Below, piece by piece: positions 30,006 through 40,417 of a stretch of 64,000 nt of DNA; the first letter of the stretch is position 1; each line of letters begins with the position of its first letter. The stretch lies in IMG/VR virus record IMGVR_UViG_3300031555_004297, one strand, 5' to 3'. The notes under the pieces were generated by a model. It ran no database searches, had not been told where the DNA came from, and saw only the letters and a program-made list of their open reading frames with translations. This DNA comes from a virus (Duplodnaviria; Caudoviricetes). The position numbers were made by a program, and so were the translations under genes.

Positions 30006-30656
30006 TTAAATATACCAACCACGAGGAGTATAAGTTACCTCGGGCTCGGGATAGTTTGCCTTATCATCACAAGCGCAGTCGATACAACAGTGCTTTTTAT
30101 CATTAACAGCTGCTTGTCTTTCAAGAGCTCTATCCATAAGATCCTTCATAATATGATATCCTTCGACAAGAGCTCCGGGGTTAGAAATCGGAACAAGAAT
30201 TGCAGAAGGTCTTTCTGCATTTCCAATAATACATGCCTCTGTTACGGGACCGAGATCGTGAGTGCTACTATCTTCACCAATACCACAATATCTCAAACCA
30301 TTATTGAGAGTATTTACGATAAGAGTAGAAGTCTTACCAGCCTCAGTAATCGGAACTGCAGGAATAATTGCCGCAAAACGGCTATCATTATAACCCTTAA
30401 TATGACCATCAAGGGTATTTACCATACCATTATCAGAAAGGATTGCATGAGCCACATCCATTCTTTCCATATAAGGATACAATCTCTCGACTACATCATA
30501 AGGATCGATGGGATTATTAAAGAAATCCATGGGTTCATAAGGTGCTACGACCATCTCGGCTGCACATGCCTCACATTTTTCAAGTTCAGCAGGATCAATT
30601 CGATTAATCGCTTCTGCGGGAACCTGAATTACTTTTGCTTTAAGCTTTCTTTTCAT
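30006..30656 (-). CDS. Hypothetical early protein
   Basis: Early promoter near 30718, SD AAGGAG, terminator at 29969-29995. Confidence 0.75.
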   Translation of the reverse strand: MKRKLKAKVIQVPAEAINRIDPAELEKCEACAAEMVVAPYEPMDFFNNPIDPYDVVERLYPYMERMDVAHAILSDNGMVNTLDGHIKGYNDSRFAAIIPAVPITEAGKTSTLIVNTLNNGLRYCGIGEDSSTHDLGPVTEACIIGNAERPSAILVPISNPGALVEGYHIMKDLMDRALERQAAVNDKKHCCIDCACDDKANYPEPEVTYTPRGWYI

Positions 30657-30745
30657 AGTTTAATTCTCCTTTAATGAATTAAGTATTTTTAATTGGAAGT
30701 TGACCTTCCATTACTTTTATAATATATACTCAAAAATTAATTATA

Positions 30746-30856
30746 CAAAAGAAAGTCCGAGAATCCTGCTCTGGATTCTCGGAAGAAAGGTGCCCACATG
30801 CTGCTATATGCCAAAACAACACTCGGAGGTAACAACGGAATCTGAATAACACCGTC
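30746..30856 (-). ncRNA. Candidate ~110-nt late sRNA with anti-SD motifs
   Basis: AACA-TATCAA-TG promoter at 30867-30856; UUACCUCC and CACCUUUC motifs; terminator hairpin at 30756-30783 plus U-run. Confidence 0.5.
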
Positions 30857-30876
30857 ATTGATATGTTATATTATGA

Positions 30877-31169
30877 TAAAAATATTCCGGATGGGCGTCA
30901 ACCATCCGGAATACCAGGCCCTGTTAAATAAGGGTCCTTACATACGACACAACGCCTCGGAAAATATTATGCCTTTCTTTAGTGCAACAACTCACTAGAA
31001 AGGCATGTCGGGCCGCCTCTTCTCTTATGATGCCCCATTCACACACCATAAGAGTCCATAATCAAGCTTTAATTAAGTAGCGCTTTGTATATAAAACCCC
31101 AACGAGGTCAGCTTTATATACTATTGATTATTTAAGCACCACCAAAAACAATCAATCATTGCACTACTT
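30877..31169 (-). ncRNA. Candidate ~290-nt structured late ncRNA
   Basis: AACA-AAAATA-TA promoter at 31180-31169; six or more stems whose mismatches become G-U on the minus strand; terminator at 30883-30913; no convincing SD-led ORF. Confidence 0.6.
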
Positions 31170-31261
31170 ATATTTTTGTTGACATTGCAGTAACTTATTA
31201 CCTCAATAAATTGAATGCTTGTTTCAACATATCGGTAAATGAAAATAGGAGGTTGCTTATA

Positions 31262-32086
31262 ATGCCTAACAATATTCCTACGATTGGATACGTTATTCTT
31301 GAAAGCGCACCTCTGGAGGCTCCTGAGGTTAGCGTTATTTCTGATACCGGAAATAGAGTAATCGGTGAAGGAGTTATCCAGGAAGCCGAAGAAGAAAATA
31401 GAAATGGTCGTTGCTATCTTCATAACGACCTGCTTAGAGAAATCCAGTGTCCTAGAACAATGGAGCTTCTTACTACTGGAAATATGTTTGCTGAAAATGG
31501 TCACCCGATGGATATGTCGATGGCTAGACAGCAGACTATCGATCCCAATAACAGAGTTGCTAGATTCCTTAAGATTTGGATGGAAGGCAATAAAGTTATG
31601 GCGCAATTTAAAGGGTCTAATGACCCCAAGGGTGAATCTTTCGATCAGGACCTTCGTGAAGGGTTGAAACCTAGCTGGTCGCTTAGAGCTCTTGGATCTC
31701 TCAATAACATTAGGGGTAGAAATGTAGTCGAAAATCTTCGTGTAATCACTTGGGATAGAGTTATTTATCCTTCTCATCCTGGTGCTTATACAACCCGTCT
31801 TGTAACCGAGTCTGCAGCATATGCTAATGAGATTGCTCATATCGAAAGAGTCAATGAAAACGGCTGTCTCATTCCGATTACAAACGATAGCATTCTCTCG
31901 TATCTTAAGACAGAGTCTGCTAATATCAAGAGTCTTCTTTCTCAGATTGATTTTCTTTACGAGTCTGCTACTATCGTAAGAGGAAATCAGGTTCGTCTCG
32001 TTGCAAAGAATGGTGATATCTTCGTGGTTAACCTCGAGAGTCATATTTCTAACGAGATTCAGGCATACTGCAAAAAGATGATCTGA
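31262..32086 (+). CDS. Prohead core protease (T4 gp21-like)
   Basis: GVIQEA...NRNGRCY, ENGHP, SWSLRALGS, TWD.V..PSH..AY; ATG at 31262 after AGGAGG. Confidence 0.88.
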   Translation: MPNNIPTIGYVILESAPLEAPEVSVISDTGNRVIGEGVIQEAEEENRNGRCYLHNDLLREIQCPRTMELLTTGNMFAENGHPMDMSMARQQTIDPNNRVARFLKIWMEGNKVMAQFKGSNDPKGESFDQDLREGLKPSWSLRALGSLNNIRGRNVVENLRVITWDRVIYPSHPGAYTTRLVTESAAYANEIAHIERVNENGCLIPITNDSILSYLKTESANIKSLLSQIDFLYESATIVRGNQVRLVAKNGDIFVVNLESHISNEIQAYCKKMI

Positions 32087-32201
32087 CACTGCAATACAAG
32101 GAATCTGTAAACGATTCCTTGTATTCTTTTAGCTCGTTAAAAGGGTCAACTTATAAATAATATAATTACTCAAATTCCTCAATGAAAGGAGGAAAATAGT
32201 T

Positions 32202-34382
32202 ATGGCTGTAATGCGTAATAGAACTCAAACGACTATCTATTACCATATGAGTACTACTAACAAAAGTTTCTTAGAGATGTATAAATATCTCGAGAATACT
32301 GGTGTTAAGAACTGCAAATTTATGCTTGTTCTTCTTGATCCTGATTTGGCTAGAGTAGATCCGTATGATCCTAAGCTTCCTCAGGTTATGAAGAGAAAGA
32401 TTTTAAGAGAATGTATATATAATCCATGGTACTTCTTTAGAGAAATTGTAAGAATCCCGGACTCTGGTCAAGCCACAGGTGTTAAGTTTCAGCTTACTCG
32501 TGGAAATCTAGCTCTGCTATTCTGCTTGATGCTCAATCTAAATATATTCTTGGAGCAACCTCGTCAGACTGGTAAGACAATTTCATCTCTATGCTGGTAT
32601 CTATACCTCTTTAACTTTGGTACTGCAAATGCCGAAATGTCCTTCTTGAATAAGAAGTTTGAAGACTCTAAACTCAACCTTCAACGTATTAAGGATATTA
32701 GATCTTTGCTACCAAGCTATCTTAAAATGGATGAAGCATTTGCTCCTGATGGATCTCGTATTAAGGGTAAAAATAACATTGAGAGCATGCAGCATCCTAT
32801 CAACAGAAATAATATCAGAACTGTCGCATCTGCAAGATCTAAGGTTGCAGCAGCAAGTCTGATGCGTGGTCGTACGACACCTATTATTTACATAGACGAG
32901 TATGGCTTTATTTTGTATAATGATGTCATTTATACAAACATGGTTCCTGCATTCAATACAGCAGCTAATAATGCTAAAAGAAATGGAACCCCTTATGGAA
33001 TGCTTATTACAACAACGCCTGGTATGCTTACCACGGATGAAGGTGTCGAGGCATTCACTCTTAAGGAGTCGGCTACTCCTTTCAGTGAAAGATGGTATGA
33101 TCTAAGCAATGACGAAATCATGAATATCGTTGCTAGTAATACCAACTCTAACTTTGTATATATTAAGTATACTTATCAGCAGCTTGGTAAATCCGAGCAA
33201 TGGTTTAAAGATCTTTGTATCACAATGCGTAAGGATTGGGATGCAATCCGCCGTGAGGTTCTTCTTGAATGGTCGAATTCGTCCGAAAACTCTCCTTTCC
33301 GTGCAGAAGATCTTGATACTATCAAGGGATTACTTAAACAACCGCTTAATACAGTGCTCATGCTCAATAAATTCGAATTGAAGATATATGAGCAGATTAA
33401 TCTAAAGTATCCGCCTATCATCGGTGTTGACGTCTCAGGAGGGTACCAAAGAGACTCGTCTGCTATTACTGTTATAGATTCTTATTCTACAAGAGTATGT
33501 GCTGAATTAAATAGTAACTTTATCTCTACTCCAGAACTTGCACAAGTTATCTACCATATTGTATCTCAATGGATGCCGAATGCAGTAGTAAATATCGAGC
33601 GCAATGGAGGCTTTGGATCATCTGTTATTGCACGTCTACTTCAAACTTCTATAAAGAAAAATCTTTGGTACACTATTAAAGATAAGATTGTAGAAGAAAG
33701 ATTTAATGGGCCTACAGTACATCGCAGAACCCAAAAGACTAAAGTTTATGGATCTGACTCTACCAAACAAGAACGTGATGAACTCATGGAAATCTTACGC
33801 GATCGCGTAGAGTATCATAAAGATAAGATTATTTCTCCCACCATTTATCAAGAGCTCTGTGGTATGGAAGTTAAGAAAAGTGGTAAGATAGAGCATTCTA
33901 CAAATACTCATGACGACCAAGTATTCTCCTGGCTCTGGGCGCTTTATATCTACTATAATGGCGGAGATTTGATGAATAACTGGGGGATCGAACGTAGAGT
34001 TCTTAAGACTGATGCGGATCTTGAAGAAGCTGTTGTCGATCTCTCTGAAAATGATAAGAGCATTACTCAGGAACTCGATCTTATAGAAGATGAAGAAGTT
34101 ACTGAGCAGATGCAGGCTATACAGAATGCTCCCGGACGTATGGGTTATGAAGAATGGATGCGTTCTGAATCTGAAAAAGATGAGGCTGCCATGGATAAGC
34201 TCTTGGCTAATAAGGCTGTACAGAAATCTTTAGCTGAAAGATATCATGTTGTGGTACCTCAAACAAATAAATCAATACAGACTATTCCTACAGAAGTTTT
34301 CTTAGACTTTAATACTCCAGAAGAAGAAATTGAAGTTAGAAATAACGCAGTTCTTGTAGGTAATATGAGTAAATACTGGTAA
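32202..34382 (+). CDS. terL: Terminase large subunit
   Basis: Walker A PRQTGKT, Walker B IIYIDE, TTTP motif III, nuclease IGVDVSGG and HDDQV. Confidence 0.93.
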   Translation: MAVMRNRTQTTIYYHMSTTNKSFLEMYKYLENTGVKNCKFMLVLLDPDLARVDPYDPKLPQVMKRKILRECIYNPWYFFREIVRIPDSGQATGVKFQLTRGNLALLFCLMLNLNIFLEQPRQTGKTISSLCWYLYLFNFGTANAEMSFLNKKFEDSKLNLQRIKDIRSLLPSYLKMDEAFAPDGSRIKGKNNIESMQHPINRNNIRTVASARSKVAAASLMRGRTTPIIYIDEYGFILYNDVIYTNMVPAFNTAANNAKRNGTPYGMLITTTPGMLTTDEGVEAFTLKESATPFSERWYDLSNDEIMNIVASNTNSNFVYIKYTYQQLGKSEQWFKDLCITMRKDWDAIRREVLLEWSNSSENSPFRAEDLDTIKGLLKQPLNTVLMLNKFELKIYEQINLKYPPIIGVDVSGGYQRDSSAITVIDSYSTRVCAELNSNFISTPELAQVIYHIVSQWMPNAVVNIERNGGFGSSVIARLLQTSIKKNLWYTIKDKIVEERFNGPTVHRRTQKTKVYGSDSTKQERDELMEILRDRVEYHKDKIISPTIYQELCGMEVKKSGKIEHSTNTHDDQVFSWLWALYIYYNGGDLMNNWGIERRVLKTDADLEEAVVDLSENDKSITQELDLIEDEEVTEQMQAIQNAPGRMGYEEWMRSESEKDEAAMDKLLANKAVQKSLAERYHVVVPQTNKSIQTIPTEVFLDFNTPEEEIEVRNNAVLVGNMSKYW

Positions 34383-34396
34383 GGAGGGTATTAATC

Positions 34397-35164
34397 ATGC
34401 AAGCAAATAGGATGAATAAACTCCTAGATAAAATTGAACGTCGTCTTGGCGTTAAGCAATTAAACTTACCAGATTATCTTACAAAAGATAAATGGGCAGA
34501 AGAAGTAATTGCAAATGAAACTCTAGATACATTTAGTAGATACTTCCCTAATTCTATGCATATCAGAATGGATCTATCTCAGCGTAAATATAATGGATAC
34601 TATCTCCTCGATGAATATGTGCCTGAAAGTGTAGAGATCCTTGGTGTAAGAGATATCGACTGGTCTCTCTTCTCTAGAGATAGCTTGAGGCTGCAGGAAG
34701 CTCAAGGATATGGTACTTATGATTTTATGACCAATAACTATGGCCTTGATGATATAGCTCTACTACAGATGAGAGCCGATCATATGTCTTTATTCAACAA
34801 TCAGATCTTCGTTGAATTTAAGCCTCCGAATATGATTAAACTTTCTACAGTCACTGGAGCTGATATTACTCGTGGAATGAATAGTTGGCCTGTAGAGATT
34901 CTTATTAAGCATGCTCCTAATCTTATGACAATTCCACCTACAATGATGGAAATCTTTGAAGAGCTTGCTGAAACGGATGTGGCATCTTTTCTGTATCAGA
35001 ACTTAAAATATTATGATGGTCTTGAAACAGTATATGCCTCTATTGATCTTAAAATGGGTGATCTTGAAACTAAAGCTTCTAGAAGAGAAGATATTGTTAA
35101 TCGTCTTGATGAAGCACATGTTTCTGCAGCTAATACTCATCAACCTCTTATATTTACAATATAA
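34397..35164 (+). CDS. Probable head-completion/neck structural protein
   Basis: Follows terL in the same operon; function inferred from context only. Confidence 0.45.
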   Translation: MQANRMNKLLDKIERRLGVKQLNLPDYLTKDKWAEEVIANETLDTFSRYFPNSMHIRMDLSQRKYNGYYLLDEYVPESVEILGVRDIDWSLFSRDSLRLQEAQGYGTYDFMTNNYGLDDIALLQMRADHMSLFNNQIFVEFKPPNMIKLSTVTGADITRGMNSWPVEILIKHAPNLMTIPPTMMEIFEELAETDVASFLYQNLKYYDGLETVYASIDLKMGDLETKASRREDIVNRLDEAHVSAANTHQPLIFTI

Positions 35165-35171
35165 AAAAAAT

Positions 35172-35202
35172 AAAGACAGGTGCAAAGCTGCACCTGTCTT
35201 TA
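35172..35202. terminator. Bidirectional terminator
   Basis: AAAGACAGGTGCA/TGCACCTGTCTTT inverted repeat. Confidence 0.8.
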
Positions 35203-35215
35203 CTTGTCGTTATGA

Positions 35216-35581
35216 TTAAATATGCGAATGCTTCTTAAGATATCTTCTAATAGCGCAATCTATCTCAATAAGTTTCTTAGCACAATCTTGAGGTTCAAGA
35301 ATTGCCTTTAGATGATATTTTTCTTTGTCTGTAACAGATTCGCATACAGGATATACATTTCTAACCGTTTTTGTTTTTAAAACACGGCCATATCTATCCC
35401 ATTCTATTGCTTCTTCAGTATATTCTACAAGTTCAGCTTTAATTAACTCCATATCTAATAAAGCTGGCATATCGAATAACTGAAGCTCATACCGCCTAGC
35501 TCCAGTTTGCTTAATAGAGCTTTTAATGATTCCACCATAATTTTCTAAAACGCGTAGAAAATGGTTTATTAAGTATTCCAC
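35216..35581 (-). CDS. Hypothetical protein
   Basis: GTG start with AGGAGG SD. Confidence 0.7.
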   Translation of the reverse strand: MEYLINHFLRVLENYGGIIKSSIKQTGARRYELQLFDMPALLDMELIKAELVEYTEEAIEWDRYGRVLKTKTVRNVYPVCESVTDKEKYHLKAILEPQDCAKKLIEIDCAIRRYLKKHSHI

Positions 35582-35597
35582 AATTTCAACCCTCCTA

Positions 35598-36278
35598 TTA
35601 AATATACCGATGAACCATATCGATTACATTTAATATCTTGTTGAAATTATCATTTGGTAATAGATTATATACTATCTTTACATCAGCTTTCTTTTCGGCT
35701 GCAAGCCTTTTCATTTCTTCTCTCTGCTCATCGCTAGGAATAGCAGCTTTGAGAAATGCTTCTGGCGGATTTGAAAAGATAAGCTTAGCGTTTACAAATA
35801 TATTGAAAGGACTGACGAGATTAGCCTTTTTATCATCTACATACATTTTACGCCATTCTATATCAGGATCCCATCTTGCTTGTGGAATGAAGAATCCAGA
35901 TCCTGCAGCCTTAGACATATAAGGAATAGCTATAGAATTTGGCACAAACTCATAATATTCTACATTTGCATTAGTATATTGCAAATAATCCATCAGAAGT
36001 GGCAAATACTTATCCATAAAGGTCGTCTGAACCTTCCACATGTTTGCTATAGTAGGAAGATTTATTCCATACATGGAAGCCATAAAAGATTTATAAATAG
36101 TATCTATAAATTCTTCTGGCATAAATCCCATCTCCCCATCTTCTGCAGAAATTCCTACAATTTTAAATCCATCTTTATGAGATTGGATAAGATATTCTAA
36201 AGCAATATCTTCCTCTCCTTTGGTAAAGAGCCGATGTATAGGACTCTTTCCGACTTCGTCGCCTATATATTCGCGCAT
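35598..36278 (-). CDS. Hypothetical protein
   Basis: ORF in operon, GGAGG SD. Confidence 0.7.
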   Translation of the reverse strand: MREYIGDEVGKSPIHRLFTKGEEDIALEYLIQSHKDGFKIVGISAEDGEMGFMPEEFIDTIYKSFMASMYGINLPTIANMWKVQTTFMDKYLPLLMDYLQYTNANVEYYEFVPNSIAIPYMSKAAGSGFFIPQARWDPDIEWRKMYVDDKKANLVSPFNIFVNAKLIFSNPPEAFLKAAIPSDEQREEMKRLAAEKKADVKIVYNLLPNDNFNKILNVIDMVHRYI

Positions 36279-36281
36279 ACA

Positions 36282-37061
36282 TCAACCCTCCAATAGTTCG
36301 ATATTATCTTTTGTGCCTCTTGGTGTTACAAATCTACCTTCAACACCTTCTGCTCCAGATTTAGATTCAATCATAGGAAGAGATCTGGGCTCTCCATTAA
36401 TTAGCATCCTTCCCGTGCCAATTTCCGGACGTTGTAAATAATTAAGCAGTAATAATGCCGCTTGATACATATTGAAACATGAGATTGTATAGTACAAGCC
36501 CATCAATCTATCAAGAGTAATATCTACAAATGTAGAATTATCATTCAAGGTTAGTCTGATTCCAGGAACTTTATCAGCATTAGCAATACCTCTATCTATA
36601 ATTACAGGCATAATATGTATATACTTACCCATAGGAAGATTGCCAATATTAAATTCAGGAATCGGCGATGTAAGAATCAATTCGCCTTTGTTTGTAGCAA
36701 ACAGATTCTTGTATTTTGTATCTGTAAACCAAGATATTGCTGTTTCCAATCCTTGCTTTACCATCATATATTCTTGGGGGCCTATTCTAATAAACAACTT
36801 AGACCCATTTATATCTTTTTGAATTGTCTCAATAGAGAGATAGTAATCAAAACTTCTCTTTATAGAAACTGCTGTGGGCATTTCTGGGACACCCTTCATT
36901 GGATATTCATATTCTTTATGAAAATAATATCTCTTTCCATTAGAAACCTTAGAAAGCGATACATTAAATTTTAAAATTAGATTAGGTCCAATGACATATA
37001 CGTCATCAGATATTTTATCTATTTTAAAGAACTCCATAGGTTCAATTAGTTCTTTAGCCAT
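36282..37061 (-). CDS. Hypothetical protein
   Basis: SD AAGGAG; AACT-TGTAAG-TA promoter. Confidence 0.7.
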   Translation of the reverse strand: MAKELIEPMEFFKIDKISDDVYVIGPNLILKFNVSLSKVSNGKRYYFHKEYEYPMKGVPEMPTAVSIKRSFDYYLSIETIQKDINGSKLFIRIGPQEYMMVKQGLETAISWFTDTKYKNLFATNKGELILTSPIPEFNIGNLPMGKYIHIMPVIIDRGIANADKVPGIRLTLNDNSTFVDITLDRLMGLYYTISCFNMYQAALLLLNYLQRPEIGTGRMLINGEPRSLPMIESKSGAEGVEGRFVTPRGTKDNIELLEG

Positions 37062-37166
37062 ATTTCATTCTCCTTAAATCTTGTTACTTACAAGTTGACG
37101 AAGGATTAAAAAATAATTCGGGAGAGGAAAACCTCTCCCGAATTTTCCCATCGTCGAATAATTATA

Positions 37167-38678
37167 TTATTTTTCAGACAGGGCTGTAGTTCCATCGGCT
37201 CTGAATTCGAGTTTAATCGTCTTCATTGCCATGCAAGGACCGCAGAAGCGATAAGGTGTTCCGGCAGTGGTAAGAATAAATGCCTTTGTTTCCTTATCAT
37301 ATTTGTCGAATCTGAAACGTGCTTTAGGATCTCTTTCGAGTGCTTTCTTAAAGACGTCCGCTTTTGCCGCTGCCAACAATCTGTTACGAACAGCCTTTCT
37401 AGAATCACTGTTCATATTATTTGTAGGCATGGTAATAAGTGCCACGTACTTGTTCAATTCAAGCAAATCTTTGGTGTACATTCTGCTCGGTTCGAGCGCT
37501 TGATATCCACCAGTAAAGAGATCTTTGAACAACTTCTCATTGAAGACGTTATTCTTGCTCTTAGATCTTTCCTCAGAGTCCTTAGGACTTACAAGGATAA
37601 GATACATCTGCATATCTTCATATGCCATCATGGTAGGATCTCCGATCAAGATCTTTGCTCTGCGATCAATAATCTTACCAGTATCAATCGTAAAGCTCTT
37701 GTACGGATTAGGTCTGTTTACATCGTTAGCTGTAAAGGTAAGGCATGTAATCAGACCGCTGGGTTTGCCGTTGCTTCCAGGACGCATATCATACTTGACC
37801 TGTGCCCCACACTCTCGTGCAACTCTTTCGATATCGCCAAGATACTTGTACTGAGAAATCAGCTCGCTGTTGTCGAACTTAGCCTCAGGGGTGGGAGCCG
37901 CTTCTGCCTTAGGAAGTTCCTGAATCATATCAGGAGTCTTTCGCACAGTAGGTTCCTTCACATCCGGTTTAACTATGAGATCAAGATCTACATCAACCTT
38001 TGCAGGTTCTGCTTTCTTTACCTCAGTCTTCGGCTTGGGAGGATTATCGACCTTATGACGTCCCTTTCCAGGAACGATAGGTTGCTGCTGTGCCTGAGCT
38101 ACCTGAGCAGGATTCTGCTGCGGGTTCATAGGCTGCTGCATCATGGGATTGGGCTGTCCCATGAAAGGAGGTCTCATTTCCTGCTGAGCCTGATTGTAAG
38201 ACATATACGAATCAGGAGTTACAGGTTTATAGAAACCAGGATCGGGCATGACCTTTTCCTCTTCCTTCTTAACAAAGGAACTGAAGTCCACGTTCATAGG
38301 ACCGGGTCTTACCATTGTGGATGCTGCACCCATTGCAGCTTCTGCCATTTCTTCTACGATTGTTTTCGTAAAAGGCTTTTCAGCTTCTGTATCTTTGTCA
38401 GAAGTCTGCTTTGCTGCCTCTGTAGCAGCTTCGGTTTCGGACTTAACCTCGAAGTCCTCGGGATTGATCTCGATAGTGCTGGAGTCTTTATCACTGCCAA
38501 CAGTCGAGGTCTTAGTAGTGGAGTTCTTATTATCTTCAGCGGCCTCAGCCTTGTCATCATTCTGACTCTCGGCTGTACGAGAAGCGCGAAGATCTTCCAA
38601 CTCCTTTTCGGAAATGTAGCTCGAGAATGCAGGTACATTTGCCTTGCGCTCAAGCCAGATTCTAGCAAATACGTTCAT
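37167..38678 (-). CDS. Early protein with long disordered acidic and Q/P/M-rich N-terminal half
   Basis: Early promoter at 38745; MGQPNPMMQQPMNPQQNPAQ; terminator at 37114-37144. Confidence 0.75.
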   Translation of the reverse strand: MNVFARIWLERKANVPAFSSYISEKELEDLRASRTAESQNDDKAEAAEDNKNSTTKTSTVGSDKDSSTIEINPEDFEVKSETEAATEAAKQTSDKDTEAEKPFTKTIVEEMAEAAMGAASTMVRPGPMNVDFSSFVKKEEEKVMPDPGFYKPVTPDSYMSYNQAQQEMRPPFMGQPNPMMQQPMNPQQNPAQVAQAQQQPIVPGKGRHKVDNPPKPKTEVKKAEPAKVDVDLDLIVKPDVKEPTVRKTPDMIQELPKAEAAPTPEAKFDNSELISQYKYLGDIERVARECGAQVKYDMRPGSNGKPSGLITCLTFTANDVNRPNPYKSFTIDTGKIIDRRAKILIGDPTMMAYEDMQMYLILVSPKDSEERSKSKNNVFNEKLFKDLFTGGYQALEPSRMYTKDLLELNKYVALITMPTNNMNSDSRKAVRNRLLAAAKADVFKKALERDPKARFRFDKYDKETKAFILTTAGTPYRFCGPCMAMKTIKLEFRADGTTALSEK

Positions 38679-38772
38679 AATCTAGAATCTCCTTTCGTTG
38701 AAAAGATATAGAAGACAGATCAATATCTGTCTTCTATTCACTTTTATATTATATCCTTAAAAATATCTTTCT

Positions 38773-40314
38773 TTACGATTCTTTCAGATCTAACGGATCA
38801 TCAAATTCCATGGGCTGAATTAGAGTTTCTCGAGATATTTTTATATCATTACATCTCTTTTCTAACTCAGATCCTGTAAGATTGATCTCTACGCAATCTG
38901 TCGCATATTTCTTAAATACTGGTTTCTTGAATTCATAAAACTTCTTTGTATGAAAGAATCCAGTATCTACGATATCTTTATAAAGAGTATTAGGATCTCT
39001 TGTGCGCCCAAGCGTCTGCTGTGCCAATACTTTAGACTTAAAGGGCTCTGCAAGGTTTACAGTTTCTACAAGGCCTTTAATATCCATTGCTGCTCCAGCA
39101 CTCTTAGTTGTACTAATGATTATCTTCTTTTGAAGCTCTAGGGGTTTCTTATCAGGAGGTACAATGCTTGTGTATACTCCAACTTGGCCTATAAGCTCAG
39201 GGAAACTTTCATATATAAGATCTCTTACATATAGAATTGCTTCATTAGTCCCTACGTAAAACAGATGCTTTCCAGGCTTCTTTAAAGCCATATTTACTAA
39301 GACTATAAGAAGCTTTTTAAACTCTGCAGAATGAACTAAATAATCTGTATAAACAGTACGATTCAATCCGTAATTATTCTTACATCTTCCAGCTTCAACC
39401 GGAGTAGGATTTGAATTAAATCGAATTGCAGCATACTTTGTATGAGGATCATTCTCACCATCAAATAGATTGATCTTTGGTACATTCTTGAAATAGTAGT
39501 TAAAGATAATATTCTCTCCGGCATCGCTTCGTCCAGGAGTTGCTGTAAGATAATAAGTGATAAAGCTATTTGAATAGCAATCAATCTGAAACATAGAATC
39601 GAAGTTCAGATGTGCTTCATCATAAAACTTTACTCCTATTTGGCAATGTCTAAAAAATTCTCTAATCTTATCCCATCCTTGTTTATCTCCAATACTTTTT
39701 ATGGTCGAATGCGTAGATAGGATTACTTTATATTTAGATACGTCTCTATTTAATAGCTTCATCAATGAAGGGGCCCCAGAAATAAAATAAATTTCATCTT
39801 CAGTAATATTTGTATATTCCATGAAGAATTTCTTCCATTGCTCAAGCCATCCAACATTGTTTGTTATTACCATAGATCTGAATCCAAGATATGCTGCTAC
39901 GGCAATAGCACAATAAGTCTTTCCCTTACCAGTATTTAGATTTACAGACATCATTGTGCTGGTCTCATTTCTAAAATATTTATCCATGCTAAGCATAAAT
40001 TTGATAGCTTCTTTTTGTGTATCATCTCTCGGTTTATACTTAAGCATAATAGGTCCTACATCTCCAGTAGGATCCATACTAGAATCTACTATAGGTTCAG
40101 ACTGTAATAATCTTTCTATATATCCGATATCAATACCTCTCGGAAGCATCAATATCTTATTTTCTTCATCATAAATCATTCCTTTTGGGAATCTTTTGTG
40201 ATAAGTCATATCATAAATCGAAAACATTTTTTCAATTTGAGGACAATCACCCATTGTATAATTATTGACCTCTATGTGAGTTCGATAGATGACGATTTTA
40301 TTCATAATTATCAC
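38773..40314 (-). CDS. Superfamily 2 helicase (UvsW-like)
   Basis: PRDDTQ Q-motif, TGKGKT, DEAH, TATP and QTLGR motifs. Confidence 0.9.
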   Translation of the reverse strand: MIIMNKIVIYRTHIEVNNYTMGDCPQIEKMFSIYDMTYHKRFPKGMIYDEENKILMLPRGIDIGYIERLLQSEPIVDSSMDPTGDVGPIMLKYKPRDDTQKEAIKFMLSMDKYFRNETSTMMSVNLNTGKGKTYCAIAVAAYLGFRSMVITNNVGWLEQWKKFFMEYTNITEDEIYFISGAPSLMKLLNRDVSKYKVILSTHSTIKSIGDKQGWDKIREFFRHCQIGVKFYDEAHLNFDSMFQIDCYSNSFITYYLTATPGRSDAGENIIFNYYFKNVPKINLFDGENDPHTKYAAIRFNSNPTPVEAGRCKNNYGLNRTVYTDYLVHSAEFKKLLIVLVNMALKKPGKHLFYVGTNEAILYVRDLIYESFPELIGQVGVYTSIVPPDKKPLELQKKIIISTTKSAGAAMDIKGLVETVNLAEPFKSKVLAQQTLGRTRDPNTLYKDIVDTGFFHTKKFYEFKKPVFKKYATDCVEINLTGSELEKRCNDIKISRETLIQPMEFDDPLDLKES

Positions 40315-40417
40315 CTCATTAATTTGTTCAAGCTTCTATATAAACCTAAAATGGACTAATTAGAAAAAAAAAAGAAACAGCTCTCGAAAGGACTGTTTCT
40401 TTTCTGAATTTATCAGA

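Noticed and set aside
30746-31180. Possible CRISPR mini-array or tRNA cluster
   Set aside because: Hairpins differ in sequence, there are no direct repeats with spacers, and no T-loop or cloverleaf
31121-32089. 322-aa minus-strand ORF over the protease gene
   Set aside because: Antisense shadow of the clearly motif-bearing prohead protease
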